A DNA stretch of 63,491 nt, counting the filler. It is 9 parts of 9 records of this genome, joined end to end, with 100 filler letters (N's around TTAATTAATTAA, not from the genome) between each part and the next. Parts side by side here need not be neighbours in the genome. Positions count along the whole stretch, not along the records: positions 1 to 8,394 come from SRR31156797_136116; positions 8,495 to 17,542 come from SRR31156797_136465; 7 more parts are not named here. One strand, written 5' to 3'. This document shows, piece by piece, positions 1-9,817 of this stretch. The position numbers were made by a program, and so were the translations under genes. The notes beneath the pieces are model-generated. The model saw nothing but the letters and a program-made list of their open reading frames with translations, searched no databases and was not told where the DNA came from. The first letter of the stretch is position 1; each line of letters opens with the position of its first letter.

Positions 1-358
1 ACATTTTTTTGGCCCTCTTGAGCATGATCTCATTTTCCATCCATTCGTCGTCGGAGAGCATACCAGCAGGGGTCTGGATAAAGGCATTGGCATAGAGGAT
101 GAAGTTTTTTCCCGTGGCAAAGTTGAGCTTTGGGTTTTCCGGCTGTTCCGCCAGAACCATTTCATACATTTTCATGGCCAGGGGCAGGGCGTCTGCCACC
201 AGCTGGGGATCGTCGTCGCCGGTAAACACCGTGCCTGATGAGTCGGATGAGAGCAGATCTCCCGCCTTTTTCATCACCACATCTTCGATGGACACACAGG
301 ACCCCAGGGTCAGAAATATTATTGAAAAGATTATAAAGGAAGATACGCGGTTTTTCAT
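1..358 (-). CDS. TRAP transporter T-component (TatT-like) lipoprotein, 3'-truncated at the window edge
   Basis: Not in the ORF track. Hand translation from ATG 358: MKNRVSSFIIFSIIFLTLGSCVSIED...FTGDDDPQLVADALPLAMKMYE...LYANAFIQTPAGML. Has a lipobox (LGSC) and the DDDPxLVADALP / YANAFIQTPA motifs recalled for TatT. Confidence 0.75.
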   Translation of the reverse strand, partial: MKNRVSSFIIFSIIFLTLGSCVSIEDVVMKKAGDLLSSDSSGTVFTGDDDPQLVADALPLAMKMYEMVLAEQPENPKLNFATGKNFILYANAFIQTPAGMLSDDEWMENEIMLKRAKKM

Positions 359-447
359 TCAACCATTATAGGAGATCCGCGGGATTTGTGAATGTATTTT
401 TTTTAATTTCTGGTTAAAAAAACGAGCAGCCGGAACCGCGTCGGGGA

Positions 448-855
448 TTATTCCTCGACGACATCCTTCTGTTTTTCCATAACCGTGGCAAGCTGCTTTT
501 CAGAAAGGATTTTCGGCCATGCCGGCAGGATATCAGCCCCGGGCTGACTGTATTTCTCAAGGATGGCGGAGAACATATCTTCCGCGATCTTGTATTCGCC
601 CTGTTTGTAGTAGATATTCCCGATTTCGAACTCGGCTTCTACAATCCTCTGGCTGTCATCGGGGTAGCGTTCAATGAAGGTGCGGTAGTAGAGAAGCGCT
701 GCTTCCCAGTTTTTCGAGTTGGTGGCTTCCTGGCCCTTCTGGAAGTATTCAATAGGGGCGAGATCTTCAGGAATGGATTCCGGAATAGTGTGGCACCCGC
801 CGATAACGAAGGCGAGCAGTATGATGAACAAGGCTGTTAGGAATTTGGATTTCAT
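448..855 (-). CDS. TPR-containing lipoprotein (BamD/YfiO-like repeat)
   Basis: Likely start MKSKFLTALF at 855; lipobox IGGC; TPR-like helices (YFQKGQEA, AEFEIGNIYYKQGEY). Confidence 0.7.
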   Translation of the reverse strand: MKSKFLTALFIILLAFVIGGCHTIPESIPEDLAPIEYFQKGQEATNSKNWEAALLYYRTFIERYPDDSQRIVEAEFEIGNIYYKQGEYKIAEDMFSAILEKYSQPGADILPAWPKILSEKQLATVMEKQKDVVEE

Positions 856-877
856 GAATCTCTCTTTATCTGCAGGA

Positions 878-1201
878 TTAATTGGAATACAGCTCATCCT
901 TGATGGGAAGGCTTTTTTTCAGTTCCCTGATGTATTCCTTGGGGTCACCCATGGGGGCGTAGGCATCACAGTAATCCAGACTGCGCCGTGCGACAGTGAA
1001 GTACTTGTAGATTTTCTCTTCTCCCAGTTTCTTTCGCCATTTTCCGGCATCACAACGAACCCTCAGGTAGTACTGTCCCTCATTTCCCGAGGTCGTCCGA
1101 ACCAGCTTGCAGTGCTCGCAATTTGCGCAGTATACCTTTGTCCCGGCTTTTTCCGGTACTTCGGCTGTGTCAATGGTTTCAGCGAACGCTGTATCTCCCA
1201 T
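878..1201 (-). CDS. Cys-rich hypothetical protein
   Basis: 107 aa with CANCEHC plus two further Cys; co-oriented with its neighbours; purine-rich SD (AGGGGGA) upstream. Confidence 0.65.
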   Translation of the reverse strand: MGDTAFAETIDTAEVPEKAGTKVYCANCEHCKLVRTTSGNEGQYYLRVRCDAGKWRKKLGEEKIYKYFTVARRSLDYCDAYAPMGDPKEYIRELKKSLPIKDELYSN

Positions 1202-1321
1202 AATGTCCCCCTATTTTAGATACTCTGATAGTATCATAATCGACTTTTTGCCGTCAATAGTTAAGGGGATCAGGGGATATTCCCGGGATATTTAACCTGT
1301 TTTTGCTCATTGATGTACGAT

Positions 1322-2038
1322 TTACTGATTGTTGGGGTGACCGAGCTGATGTTCGTACTCCCTTTCCATCTCATCAGGATGCTTCAGGGTTTTTCTTATC
1401 CAGAGGTACTCCAGTTCCCGTCTCTCTTCCGGAGAGATGCGCCAGTCGATATTTGATTCCATAAGACGTTTTTTCAGTTCGTACAGACAGATTCCGGCGG
1501 AAACGGAGATATTAAAGGATTCGGAGAAACCGTACATGGGGATCGTTACCGCCTCATCGGCCAATTTTGCGGCGGTTTCACTCAATCCGCAGACTTCCTG
1601 ACCGAAAATGACAGCAATCTTTCCCTTTGAGAGATCCAGTTCGCCAATGGGACAGGCATCTTCCCTGGGGAGGGTTGCCACAAGCCTGTACCCCGCATCT
1701 TTCAAGGCTCCCAGACTCTCTTCAACCGGCCTGCGGGTGTCTCTGTTGATTGTGGTCCAGCTTGAGGCTCCAAGAGCAACGTTTTTATTGATCCGGGCGG
1801 AGTTCAGCTGGCCGACCACATGAAGATTCTGAATCCCCAGAGCATCACTGGTTCGGACCACGGCGCTCATATTCTGGGTATAATAAACATTTTCCATGAC
1901 CACCGATATGTATCTGGTCCTCTGTTCCGCAATCCTCTGGATTTTTTCCCAGCGATCCGGAGTCAGATGATCCTTCAGCTTTTCAATGATTTCCACCAGC
2001 TGTTCGGGGGTCCTTTCAGGGATCTTACTGCCACTCAT
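1322..2038 (-). CDS. trmH: SPOUT RNA methyltransferase, TrmH family (tRNA Gm18)
   Basis: Motifs NMSAVVRTSDALG, IFGQEVCGLS and IPMYGFSESFNISVSAGI. Confidence 0.8.
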   Translation of the reverse strand: MSGSKIPERTPEQLVEIIEKLKDHLTPDRWEKIQRIAEQRTRYISVVMENVYYTQNMSAVVRTSDALGIQNLHVVGQLNSARINKNVALGASSWTTINRDTRRPVEESLGALKDAGYRLVATLPREDACPIGELDLSKGKIAVIFGQEVCGLSETAAKLADEAVTIPMYGFSESFNISVSAGICLYELKKRLMESNIDWRISPEERRELEYLWIRKTLKHPDEMEREYEHQLGHPNNQ

Positions 2039-2116
2039 GTCAGGAAGAGGTTAAAGGAAAAATCAGGCTTCGGCAAGGGGCTTTGTTCGGGCTCTTTTCG
2101 TACCGGATTTCAGTAT

Positions 2117-2920
2117 TTAGAACTCTCCTTTCACCCATTTCCCTATGTCTCTGAAGCCTGTAGAACTGTAGAGTTTACCGGCATCGGCGTCGTGATAGAA
2201 GAGGACGGCAGATTTCCCTGCTGCTGCCAGCCTGCTGCAGAGGGCATTCAAACAGGTCCGGGCATAACCTTTCCGGCGGGCCTCGGCGGCGGTAGCAACG
2301 CCCAGGATGATGCCGTTTATTGAATTTTCCGTTGATATTGTGGCTGATGAGACGATTCGCCCCTCCTTCCGTACATAGACGGTCCTGCCGGTACCGCTTT
2401 TTATCTCTTGTCCGAAGGTTTCCCGCAGTTCATCGGTGATTCCGAACTCTTCGATTCCTTTCTGAAACATAAAAAGCTCTTCGATATTTTCAATTCCTGC
2501 CTGTTCGACCTTCACCTCTTCAGATTTGCAGCCGGTTTGGGGGGTAAAATCCTGCGGTTTAAGCTCCGCCAGATCCATGACGGTTACTTCCAGGAAGGGA
2601 AGGTGCTTTTTCAGCAGGGAGACTGTCTTTTCCGATCCGGAAACCGAATGGGCCCGGGGATCGGCCTTGATGACCTTCGCTAATCGAGAGGCATCCTCTT
2701 CACTGTGGGTCTCTGCGGTGTAGTAGCGGTAGAACCGCAGGAGGGTGGAGGTTATGGCATCATTCTTTTTTATAGTCCAGAGATCCATAAACTCTTCTTT
2801 CAACGAGAAGTTTTCCAGATCCCCGATGAGAAAACAGTTCAGCCCGGGATTTTTCCGACAGTGAAGAAGAACCTCTTCCCTGTGACTGTCATCACATTGG
2901 AGCATTGTTTGAGTATTCAT
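2117..2920 (-). CDS. GNAT family N-acetyltransferase
   Basis: C-terminal GVATAAEARRKGYA acetyl-CoA motif and AGKLYSSTGF. Confidence 0.8.
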   Translation of the reverse strand: MNTQTMLQCDDSHREEVLLHCRKNPGLNCFLIGDLENFSLKEEFMDLWTIKKNDAITSTLLRFYRYYTAETHSEEDASRLAKVIKADPRAHSVSGSEKTVSLLKKHLPFLEVTVMDLAELKPQDFTPQTGCKSEEVKVEQAGIENIEELFMFQKGIEEFGITDELRETFGQEIKSGTGRTVYVRKEGRIVSSATISTENSINGIILGVATAAEARRKGYARTCLNALCSRLAAAGKSAVLFYHDADAGKLYSSTGFRDIGKWVKGEF

Positions 2921-2997
2921 GACAGCAGTATATCATGGCATGAGCAGTGGACTGATACCTTGTTGCAAAAATCTCCGTCTTCCAATAGTGTAAGCCC

Positions 2998-3942
2998 ATG
3001 AAGAATGAATACGATGTCATCTGTGTCGGACATACGGTTATAGATGTGATGGCCCTCAATCTGGGGGATATCGATTTCTCCCTGGGGGATCGGGTTGAGG
3101 CGGAGGACCTTGTTGTCCGCCCCGGGGGCGATGCCCTGAACCAATCCCTCCTGCTCGGTTCTGCCGGGTTGAAAACGGGACTTTTTACTGTCGCCGGGGA
3201 TGAGTTCCTCTATCAAAAGGTCAGGGAGAGTCTTGAGAGGTACAGTGTTGAAAGGCTTGACGATACCGCCGCACACGGGGCGCGAACCCCCGTTTCCGTT
3301 GTCCTTCTTGATAAGAAAGGAGAGCGGAAATTCATCAGTCACAGGCCGGAGTATGAGAAGGAGATTCCCATTCCTTATTCTCTCCTCGAAAACACAAAAT
3401 TCTTAAGCTATGCCAGTTTTCACGGCTGTAAACCTCTGGATCGGGTGGCCCTCTCACTTTTTAAGGCAGCCCGGGAAAGGGGAGTGAAGATCTGTGCCGA
3501 TATGACCGGAGGCGGCCGGTATACCGAACAGGTTGTAGAAGCCTGTTTTCCGTATATCGACTATTTTATGCCCAGCCTGAAAGAGGCCCAGATCCTGACC
3601 GGCAGGACCTCCTGGTCCGGAATTGCCGAATCCCTTCATGGAGCGGGCTGCGGTACCGTGGTGTTGAAACTGGGTGCAGAGGGGTGCTATATCTCCGGCA
3701 GCGGGGTGGAACGGCATCTGAAGGCCTACGGGGATATTGAAATTATGGATACAACGGGGGCCGGTGATGCCTTTGTTGCCGGATTCCTCGTTGCCCTCTG
3801 CAGGGGAGACCGGCTGGAAGCGGCGGCGCTCTTTGCTCAGGCTGCCGCCGCCGTCACCATTGGCCGGATAGGGGCCAGCGGGATTGATAATGTTCTGGAT
3901 GAAATCAACGTTTTCAGGAGAGAGAATAAATGGCACTTGTAA
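2998..3942 (+). CDS. PfkB/ribokinase family carbohydrate kinase
   Basis: PGGDALN and DTTGAGDAFVAGF signatures. Confidence 0.9.
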   Translation: MKNEYDVICVGHTVIDVMALNLGDIDFSLGDRVEAEDLVVRPGGDALNQSLLLGSAGLKTGLFTVAGDEFLYQKVRESLERYSVERLDDTAAHGARTPVSVVLLDKKGERKFISHRPEYEKEIPIPYSLLENTKFLSYASFHGCKPLDRVALSLFKAARERGVKICADMTGGGRYTEQVVEACFPYIDYFMPSLKEAQILTGRTSWSGIAESLHGAGCGTVVLKLGAEGCYISGSGVERHLKAYGDIEIMDTTGAGDAFVAGFLVALCRGDRLEAAALFAQAAAAVTIGRIGASGIDNVLDEINVFRRENKWHL

Positions 3943-4775
3943 ATCTGACCGAAGTATTAAATAAAGCAAAGGATGGTGGATACGCCGTTCCGGCTATCAC
4001 GTTCTACACCCTCGAGGATCTGAGGGCCATCATGAGAGCCTGCGTCGAATTGAAATCCCCGATCATTCTGATGAACGGCCCCCGAACTTTCCAGTTTACG
4101 GGGATGAAACATGCGGCCTTTATGGGCCTTGAGGCTGCGGTTGCCGCGCCGATCCCCGTTGTTCTCCATCTGGATCATGCGGTGGAGGAGAAAATGGTTC
4201 TGGAGGCCATCCACCACGGATTCACCTCGGTCATGTTCGACGGCTCCCACCTTCCCTTTGAAGAGAATGTGGAGAGGACGAGTTTTGTCGTCAGGGCCGC
4301 CGGTCATTTGGGCGTTTCGGTGGAAGGTGAAATCGGCCGGCTCTCCATGGGAGAGGAAGGGGAATTTGTGGAACAGGTCCTCACAGAACCCGATACTGCA
4401 GCCACTTTTGAAAAGGAGACCGGAGTGGATGCGGTGGCCGTGGCCGTGGGAACCGCCCATGGGATGCAGTCAAGGGATGCCAGACTCAACTTTGAACTGA
4501 TGGATATCCTGAGCCGCAGGTTAACCAGGCCTATCGTTCTCCATGGTTCTTCCGGGGTGAGTGATGCCGACCTGGTGAAGGCTGTTTCCCGGGGGATCTG
4601 CAAGGTCAATATTGCCACCCGGGTGAAGTTCGCCTTTATCAACCGGCTGAGGGAATTCTTCGACTCCGGAGAGGCTCCGAAGGATCACCTCCAGATCTTC
4701 GAATACGGGATGAACGCCCAGGTGGAAGAGGTCAAATCGGTTATCCGTGTACTGGGATCCGAAGGCAGGGCCTAA
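3930..4775 (+). CDS. Class II fructose/tagatose-bisphosphate aldolase
   Basis: VLHLDH, SVMFDGS, VEGEIG, VGTAHG, VLHGSSG and KVNIAT motifs; overlaps the kinase gene. Confidence 0.9.
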   Translation: MALVNLTEVLNKAKDGGYAVPAITFYTLEDLRAIMRACVELKSPIILMNGPRTFQFTGMKHAAFMGLEAAVAAPIPVVLHLDHAVEEKMVLEAIHHGFTSVMFDGSHLPFEENVERTSFVVRAAGHLGVSVEGEIGRLSMGEEGEFVEQVLTEPDTAATFEKETGVDAVAVAVGTAHGMQSRDARLNFELMDILSRRLTRPIVLHGSSGVSDADLVKAVSRGICKVNIATRVKFAFINRLREFFDSGEAPKDHLQIFEYGMNAQVEEVKSVIRVLGSEGRA

Positions 4776-4830
4776 ATTGAATTGCCTTATCCTTATTGAA
4801 GAAAATCTCTACTTTCTGTAAGGTTGATAC

Positions 4831-6168
4831 ATGGATGGATTAATCCGCTTTGCGGCTACCCGGGGAGGCTTCTTCTCCTACTTTATCATCCTCATCCTCG
4901 CCGGGACCATTCTCCTCCTGATTCCCGGGGTCTACGGAGCGGGTTCTCTCCTTCCGGTGGATGCCCTCTTTACAGCCGTCTCCGCCGTCTGTGTCACCGG
5001 GCTGATTACCGTAAACACCGCTGATTTTTCCCTGGTCGGACAGCTTGTTATTCTCCTTCTCATACAATGCGGCGGTCTGGGAATCCTTACCTTTGCTGTC
5101 GTTTATCTGGGCCCGGGCAGACGAAAGCTCTCTCTTCGGGAACGCCAGTTTATCAAGGAAATCTCGGTGGAATCGATTGAATATCACCCCAGGAAGATTA
5201 TCCGTTCCGTTCTGACGGTGACCCTGGGGATTGAAGCTGTCGGAGCTCTCCTCCTTCTCCCTTCCTTCATCCGTTCCGGAACACCTCGACCGGTGTTTGC
5301 GGCGATCTTTCACGGCATATCGGCCTTCTGCAACGCCGGATTTTCAACTTTCCCAGACAGTCTGGAATCCTTTCAGACCAATACCGGGCTGCAGATTGTC
5401 ATCATGTTTCTTATTATTCTCGGGGGGTTGGGATTTGCTGTTATCCTCGATATCCGTCTGCGCGCTTCAAGGCGGAAGAGGCGGCTGGCCCTCCATTCTC
5501 ATATTGTATTGACCATGACAATCGTCCTGATTCTGGTCGGTACCATTCTCTATCTCCTAACCGAGGCTGAAGGGGCCTACTCCTCCCTTGGATCGGCACA
5601 GCGGATACTGGCTGCGTTTTTCCAGTCCGTGACCAACCGGACGGCGGGATTCAATACCATACCCCAGGGGGATTACTCACTGGTTGCAAAACTCTTTACT
5701 CTCCCCTTTATGTTTATCGGCGGAGCCAGCGGATCGATTGCCGGTGGTGTAAAGGTCTCTACGATGGCTGTAGCCCTGGCGGCCCTCTTTACCGGATTTG
5801 AAGAGGAGGGGGGGGTGGTTATCCGGGGGCGGAAGATTCCCGCCCGAACGGTTCACAAGGCCTATATCTTTCTGGCCAAGGCATTTTTCATTCTTTTTAT
5901 TGCCTTTTTTCTGCTGATTCTGTTTGAACGGAATGGAGTCGCCCGGGAGGTCCCTCTCATCGACCTGCTTTTTGAAACGGTGTCCGCCTTTGGGACCGTC
6001 GGTCTCTCCACGGGGATTACCGCAGGATTTTCGGCGGCCGGCAAAATTATTCTCGCCGCCACGATGTTTGCCGGAAGGATCGGGCTTTTTGCCGTTGCCC
6101 TTCCTATAGCCTCGGCCTACAGGCTGAAGCACATTGATTTTCCCGAAGAGGAGGTAATGATCGGATGA
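4831..6168 (+). CDS. ktrB: Trk/Ktr potassium uptake membrane subunit (TrkH/KtrB)
   Basis: Four pore loops: SAVCVTGL, SAFCNAGFS, RTAGFN and SAFGTVGLS. Confidence 0.9.
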   Translation: MDGLIRFAATRGGFFSYFIILILAGTILLLIPGVYGAGSLLPVDALFTAVSAVCVTGLITVNTADFSLVGQLVILLLIQCGGLGILTFAVVYLGPGRRKLSLRERQFIKEISVESIEYHPRKIIRSVLTVTLGIEAVGALLLLPSFIRSGTPRPVFAAIFHGISAFCNAGFSTFPDSLESFQTNTGLQIVIMFLIILGGLGFAVILDIRLRASRRKRRLALHSHIVLTMTIVLILVGTILYLLTEAEGAYSSLGSAQRILAAFFQSVTNRTAGFNTIPQGDYSLVAKLFTLPFMFIGGASGSIAGGVKVSTMAVALAALFTGFEEEGGVVIRGRKIPARTVHKAYIFLAKAFFILFIAFFLLILFERNGVAREVPLIDLLFETVSAFGTVGLSTGITAGFSAAGKIILAATMFAGRIGLFAVALPIASAYRLKHIDFPEEEVMIG

Positions 6169-6893
6169 AAAAACAGTTCGCGATCATAGGTGTGGATAAA
6201 TTTGGAAAGAGGATGATAGATGAGCTCAGTTCTCTTGATTGTGAAATCCTCATCATCGACAAGGACCCCACGGTGGTCGAACAATTAAAAGACCGGGTCG
6301 ACGAGGCCTACATTGCCGATGTCTTCTCGCATGAGACGATTGAAAAACTCATCCCGCCGGATATCGATGCCGCTATTGTGGACCTGGGAGACAGCCAGGA
6401 GGTTTCGATCCTGGTGACCAACTATCTGAAAAAGATCGGGGTCCGGAAGATCGTTGCCCGGGCGGGAACTGATGAACATGGTGAAATCCTGAAGATCGTC
6501 GGAGCAACCGATGTTATCTTTCCCAGCAGAGAGGCCGCCCGTCGTCTGACCCCCCTTCTCGCCGCTCCTCTGATGGTCAACTACCTCCCCTTGAGTCCAG
6601 AATTTATTCTGGCTGAGGTCGAAGTGGCTGAACGATACGTCGGACAGACCCTCTACAATGCGGACTTGAAAGAGGATGGAATTATGAACGTAATCGCCGT
6701 CCGCGGCAGGGATAGTATGGATTATCATTTTTCCACCCCCGAATATGTGCTTCAGGAGGGAGATTACATTTTGGTAGCCGGGGATCAGAGTGATATCATT
6801 GAGTTCTCCAATGAGGATGTGATCTCCGGTTATGAAAAAAAGAAGGGCCGGGGAATTTTCAAAATTCTCGGCTGGAAGCCCACCCGTCCGTGA
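6165..6893 (+). CDS. ktrA: Trk/Ktr RCK regulatory subunit (TrkA/KtrA)
   Basis: N-terminal Rossmann motif IIGVDKFG and a TrkA_C-like C-terminus; coupled to ktrB by ATGA overlap. Confidence 0.85.
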   Translation: MKKQFAIIGVDKFGKRMIDELSSLDCEILIIDKDPTVVEQLKDRVDEAYIADVFSHETIEKLIPPDIDAAIVDLGDSQEVSILVTNYLKKIGVRKIVARAGTDEHGEILKIVGATDVIFPSREAARRLTPLLAAPLMVNYLPLSPEFILAEVEVAERYVGQTLYNADLKEDGIMNVIAVRGRDSMDYHFSTPEYVLQEGDYILVAGDQSDIIEFSNEDVISGYEKKKGRGIFKILGWKPTRP

Positions 6894-6899
6894 TATAGT

Positions 6900-8394
6900 A
6901 TGGATAGCATGAAACGACCTGTATTCCTTACTTTTTTGAGTGTACTCCTTTTTTCCTCCGCAGCTTTTTCTCTTTTTGCCGATGAATCGGAAATACCGGC
7001 GGATATCCCTCTGGATGTGTTCGAGGTGAATACAACCGGAACATTTCCTTTGAACAATCAGCTGCGAATTCTTGTGGATTCCGAAAATCTCACTTACGAA
7101 GCTGCCGCCGATGCTCTCCTCTCCGGAGCGTTTCTTCCGGTCGGAGACGGACTTCTCAACCTCGGGTTTACAAAGGATACGGTCTGGTTGGGATTGGGCC
7201 TGGAGAACGGCGGAGCCTCCGGGGATTGGTTTCTCGAATTCGCTTTTGCCCTTCTCGATGTCATCGAACTCTACCGCCTGCAGGAGGACGGAATACCCGT
7301 CCTGATTGGCCGGAGCGGCAGGAAGGTTCCCTATACCAGCCGGGCTGTTCGCCACCGGCACTTTTTCCTTCCTGTAGAGCTTCCCCGGGGAGAGCCTGTT
7401 TATTTTCTTATGAAGATCCGTTCCGACGACGCCATGATCATCCCTTTGAAGCTGACGACCCGTACATTGATGGGAGAGCGAGCCCGGCCGGAGTATTTCC
7501 TTTTCGGTTTGTTTTACGGCATTGCTGCGGCCATGCTGCTCTATAACCTTTTTCTCTTTCTTATCATCCGGGACCGGAGCTATCTGTTTTATATCCTTTA
7601 TCTTGTATCTTTTGTCCTCTTTCAAATGGATATGAACGGTATCGGGACGGAGTTTCTCTGGTTCAATGCTGTGGATTGGTCTATCCGCAGTGATCCCTTC
7701 TTTCTTTTTATGGCCCTGACTTTTGGGACCCAATTCACCATCAGCTTTCTTGATATGAAGAAGGTTTCCCGCACTTTTTTCCTGCTGCTCAAGGCTGTCG
7801 GGATCATCTCGGCTCTTATGGCTGTCCTCTCACTTTTTATTGATGTTCAGGTTTCCGTTGTGGCGGGGCAGCTACTTCCGCTAATCACCGTTCTGCTTGT
7901 CATTCCCGCCGGGGTTACGGCCTATAGACGGGGGGCCCGGTATGCGCGTTACTATTTTATCGGCTGGTCTTTTCTTCTCCTGGGAGTCGTTTTTTCCACC
8001 CTTCGTGCCCTGGGGATTCTCCCCCAGCATCAAATCACCGAGCATGGGATTCAGCTTGGAGGAGCCATGGAGATGATTCTTCTCTCCCTGGCTCTGGCGG
8101 ATCGAATCTCCTTTCTTAAAAGCGAGAAGCTGAGGGTGGAACATGAAAAGCTTTCGGTTATTCAGGCCTCCGAATCCCGGGCGGCGGTTGTTGCGGAAAT
8201 TGCGGAGGAGCTCAAAGAACCTCTGAATGAAGTGGTTGATCTGACAGGACAGATTCTCGGTTCCGAGGATCCGGAGGAGGTCAGGGATAATGCCCAGCAG
8301 ATCCTCTGTGAGTCGGAGAATCTGCTTGAGCTGATCACAAGCCTCCATGACTATACCAGGATGGAGACAGGTCGGCTGGAGCTCGAGTCGGTCA
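6900..8394 (+). CDS. 7TM-DISM sensor protein with a degenerate HisKA-like segment (3'-truncated)
   Basis: Signal peptide, DISMED2-like LNLGFTKDTVWL region, 7TM region (LYNLFLFLIIRDRSYLFY...LSLALADRI), then ELKEPLN...LHDYTRMETGRLELE. Confidence 0.8.
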
Positions 8395-8494
8395 NNNNNN
8401 NNNNNNNNNNNNNNNNNNNNNNNNNNNNNNNNNNNNNNTTAATTAATTAANNNNNNNNNNNNNNNNNNNNNNNNNNNNNNNNNNNNNNNNNNNN
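8395..8494. other. Artificial contig spacer
   Basis: 44 N + TTAATTAATTAA (stops in all frames) + 44 N. Confidence 0.99.
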
Positions 8495-9817
8495 GTTCAG
8501 CAATACCAGATCAACCATCTCGGCATTCCCGGCCTGCAGTTCCAGCAGGGTTACAAGCGCGTCTATCCGCACGGCCGGACCGCTTCGCATCTGCTTGGCC
8601 TGACCGACGTCGACGGCCGCGGCATTGCCGGTGTCGAGCGTTCCTTCGACGATCGTCTGCGAACGGGCGGCAAGGCGCTGAAGCTTTCCATTGACGTGCG
8701 TGTGCAATCGATCCTGCGCGAGGAATTGGTCGGCGCCGTCACCGAATTCCAGGCGCTGGGTGCCGCCGGTCTGGTGCTCGATGTCGATACCGGCGAAGCC
8801 GTCGCCATGGTGTCGTTGCCCGATTTTGATCCGAACGCCGCCGATACCCTGCGCGGCGAGGCCGGGTTCAACCGGGTCGCCAAGGGCGTCTACGAGATGG
8901 GTTCGACCTTCAAGCTGTTCACGGCGGCAATGGCGCTGGATGCCGGCACGGTGACGCTTGAAAGCGGCTATGATGCCAGCAAACCGATCCGCGTCGCCCG
9001 CTTCACGATCAGCGACTATCACGCAAAGAACCGGTGGCTGTCGGTTCCCGAGATCATTGTCCATTCGTCCAACATCGGCGCGGCGAAGATGGCGCTGGAT
9101 GTCGGCACCGACGCGCAGCGACGCTATCTTGCAAGCTTCGGTCTTCTGTCGGCGCCCGGTATCGAACTGCCGGAAATCGGCCGGCCGTTGATGCCGGCGC
9201 GGTGGCGCGAAATCAATACCATGACGATTTCCTTCGGCCACGGCATCGCGGTCAGCCCGCTGCAATTGGCGACGGCAGTGGGTACGCTGGTCAACGGCGG
9301 AGTGCGTTATGCGCCGACCCTGTTGCGCCGCCAGTCCGGCGATGCCATCGCCGGCGAACGCGTGTTGGCCCCGGAAACGTCGAAACAGATTCGCGGTTTG
9401 ATGGAACTGGTGGTGCGCCACGGCACCGGCAAGAACGGCGGCGTCGCCGGATATCGCGTCGGCGGCAAGACCGGAACGGCTGAAAAGCAGGTCGGCGGAC
9501 GTTATCAGCGAAAAGCGCTGATTTCCTCGTTTGTCGGCGCCTTTCCCATGGAAAATCCGCGTTATGTCGTGCTTGCCCTTTTGGACGAACCGCACGGCAA
9601 CAAGCGCACCTTCAATTATGCAACCGGTGGCTGGGTGGCGGCGCCGGTCGTTTCGCACACCATTTCGCGGATGGCGCCGCTGATGGGCATCGCGCCGTTG
9701 CCGGCCGAGCGCAATGGAAAGCCAGTGAAAACGGACATTCCGGCGCGCGGAAAGCTTTTGGTCGCATTGCGGGCGGCGATTGCCGACGCGCGGGAGGCCC
9801 GGGGTGCATCTCATTGA
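8495..9817 (+). CDS. ftsI: Penicillin-binding protein 3 (5'-truncated)
   Basis: Open from 8495 (KRVYPHGRTASHLLG); SxxK (STFK), SxN (SSN) and KTG motifs. Confidence 0.95.
   Translation, partial: VQQYQINHLGIPGLQFQQGYKRVYPHGRTASHLLGLTDVDGRGIAGVERSFDDRLRTGGKALKLSIDVRVQSILREELVGAVTEFQALGAAGLVLDVDTGEAVAMVSLPDFDPNAADTLRGEAGFNRVAKGVYEMGSTFKLFTAAMALDAGTVTLESGYDASKPIRVARFTISDYHAKNRWLSVPEIIVHSSNIGAAKMALDVGTDAQRRYLASFGLLSAPGIELPEIGRPLMPARWREINTMTISFGHGIAVSPLQLATAVGTLVNGGVRYAPTLLRRQSGDAIAGERVLAPETSKQIRGLMELVVRHGTGKNGGVAGYRVGGKTGTAEKQVGGRYQRKALISSFVGAFPMENPRYVVLALLDEPHGNKRTFNYATGGWVAAPVVSHTISRMAPLMGIAPLPAERNGKPVKTDIPARGKLLVALRAAIADAREARGASH

Noticed and set aside
6285-7733. 482-aa minus-strand ORF
   Set aside because: Antisense to ktrA and the 7TM-DISM gene, with no recognisable domain.
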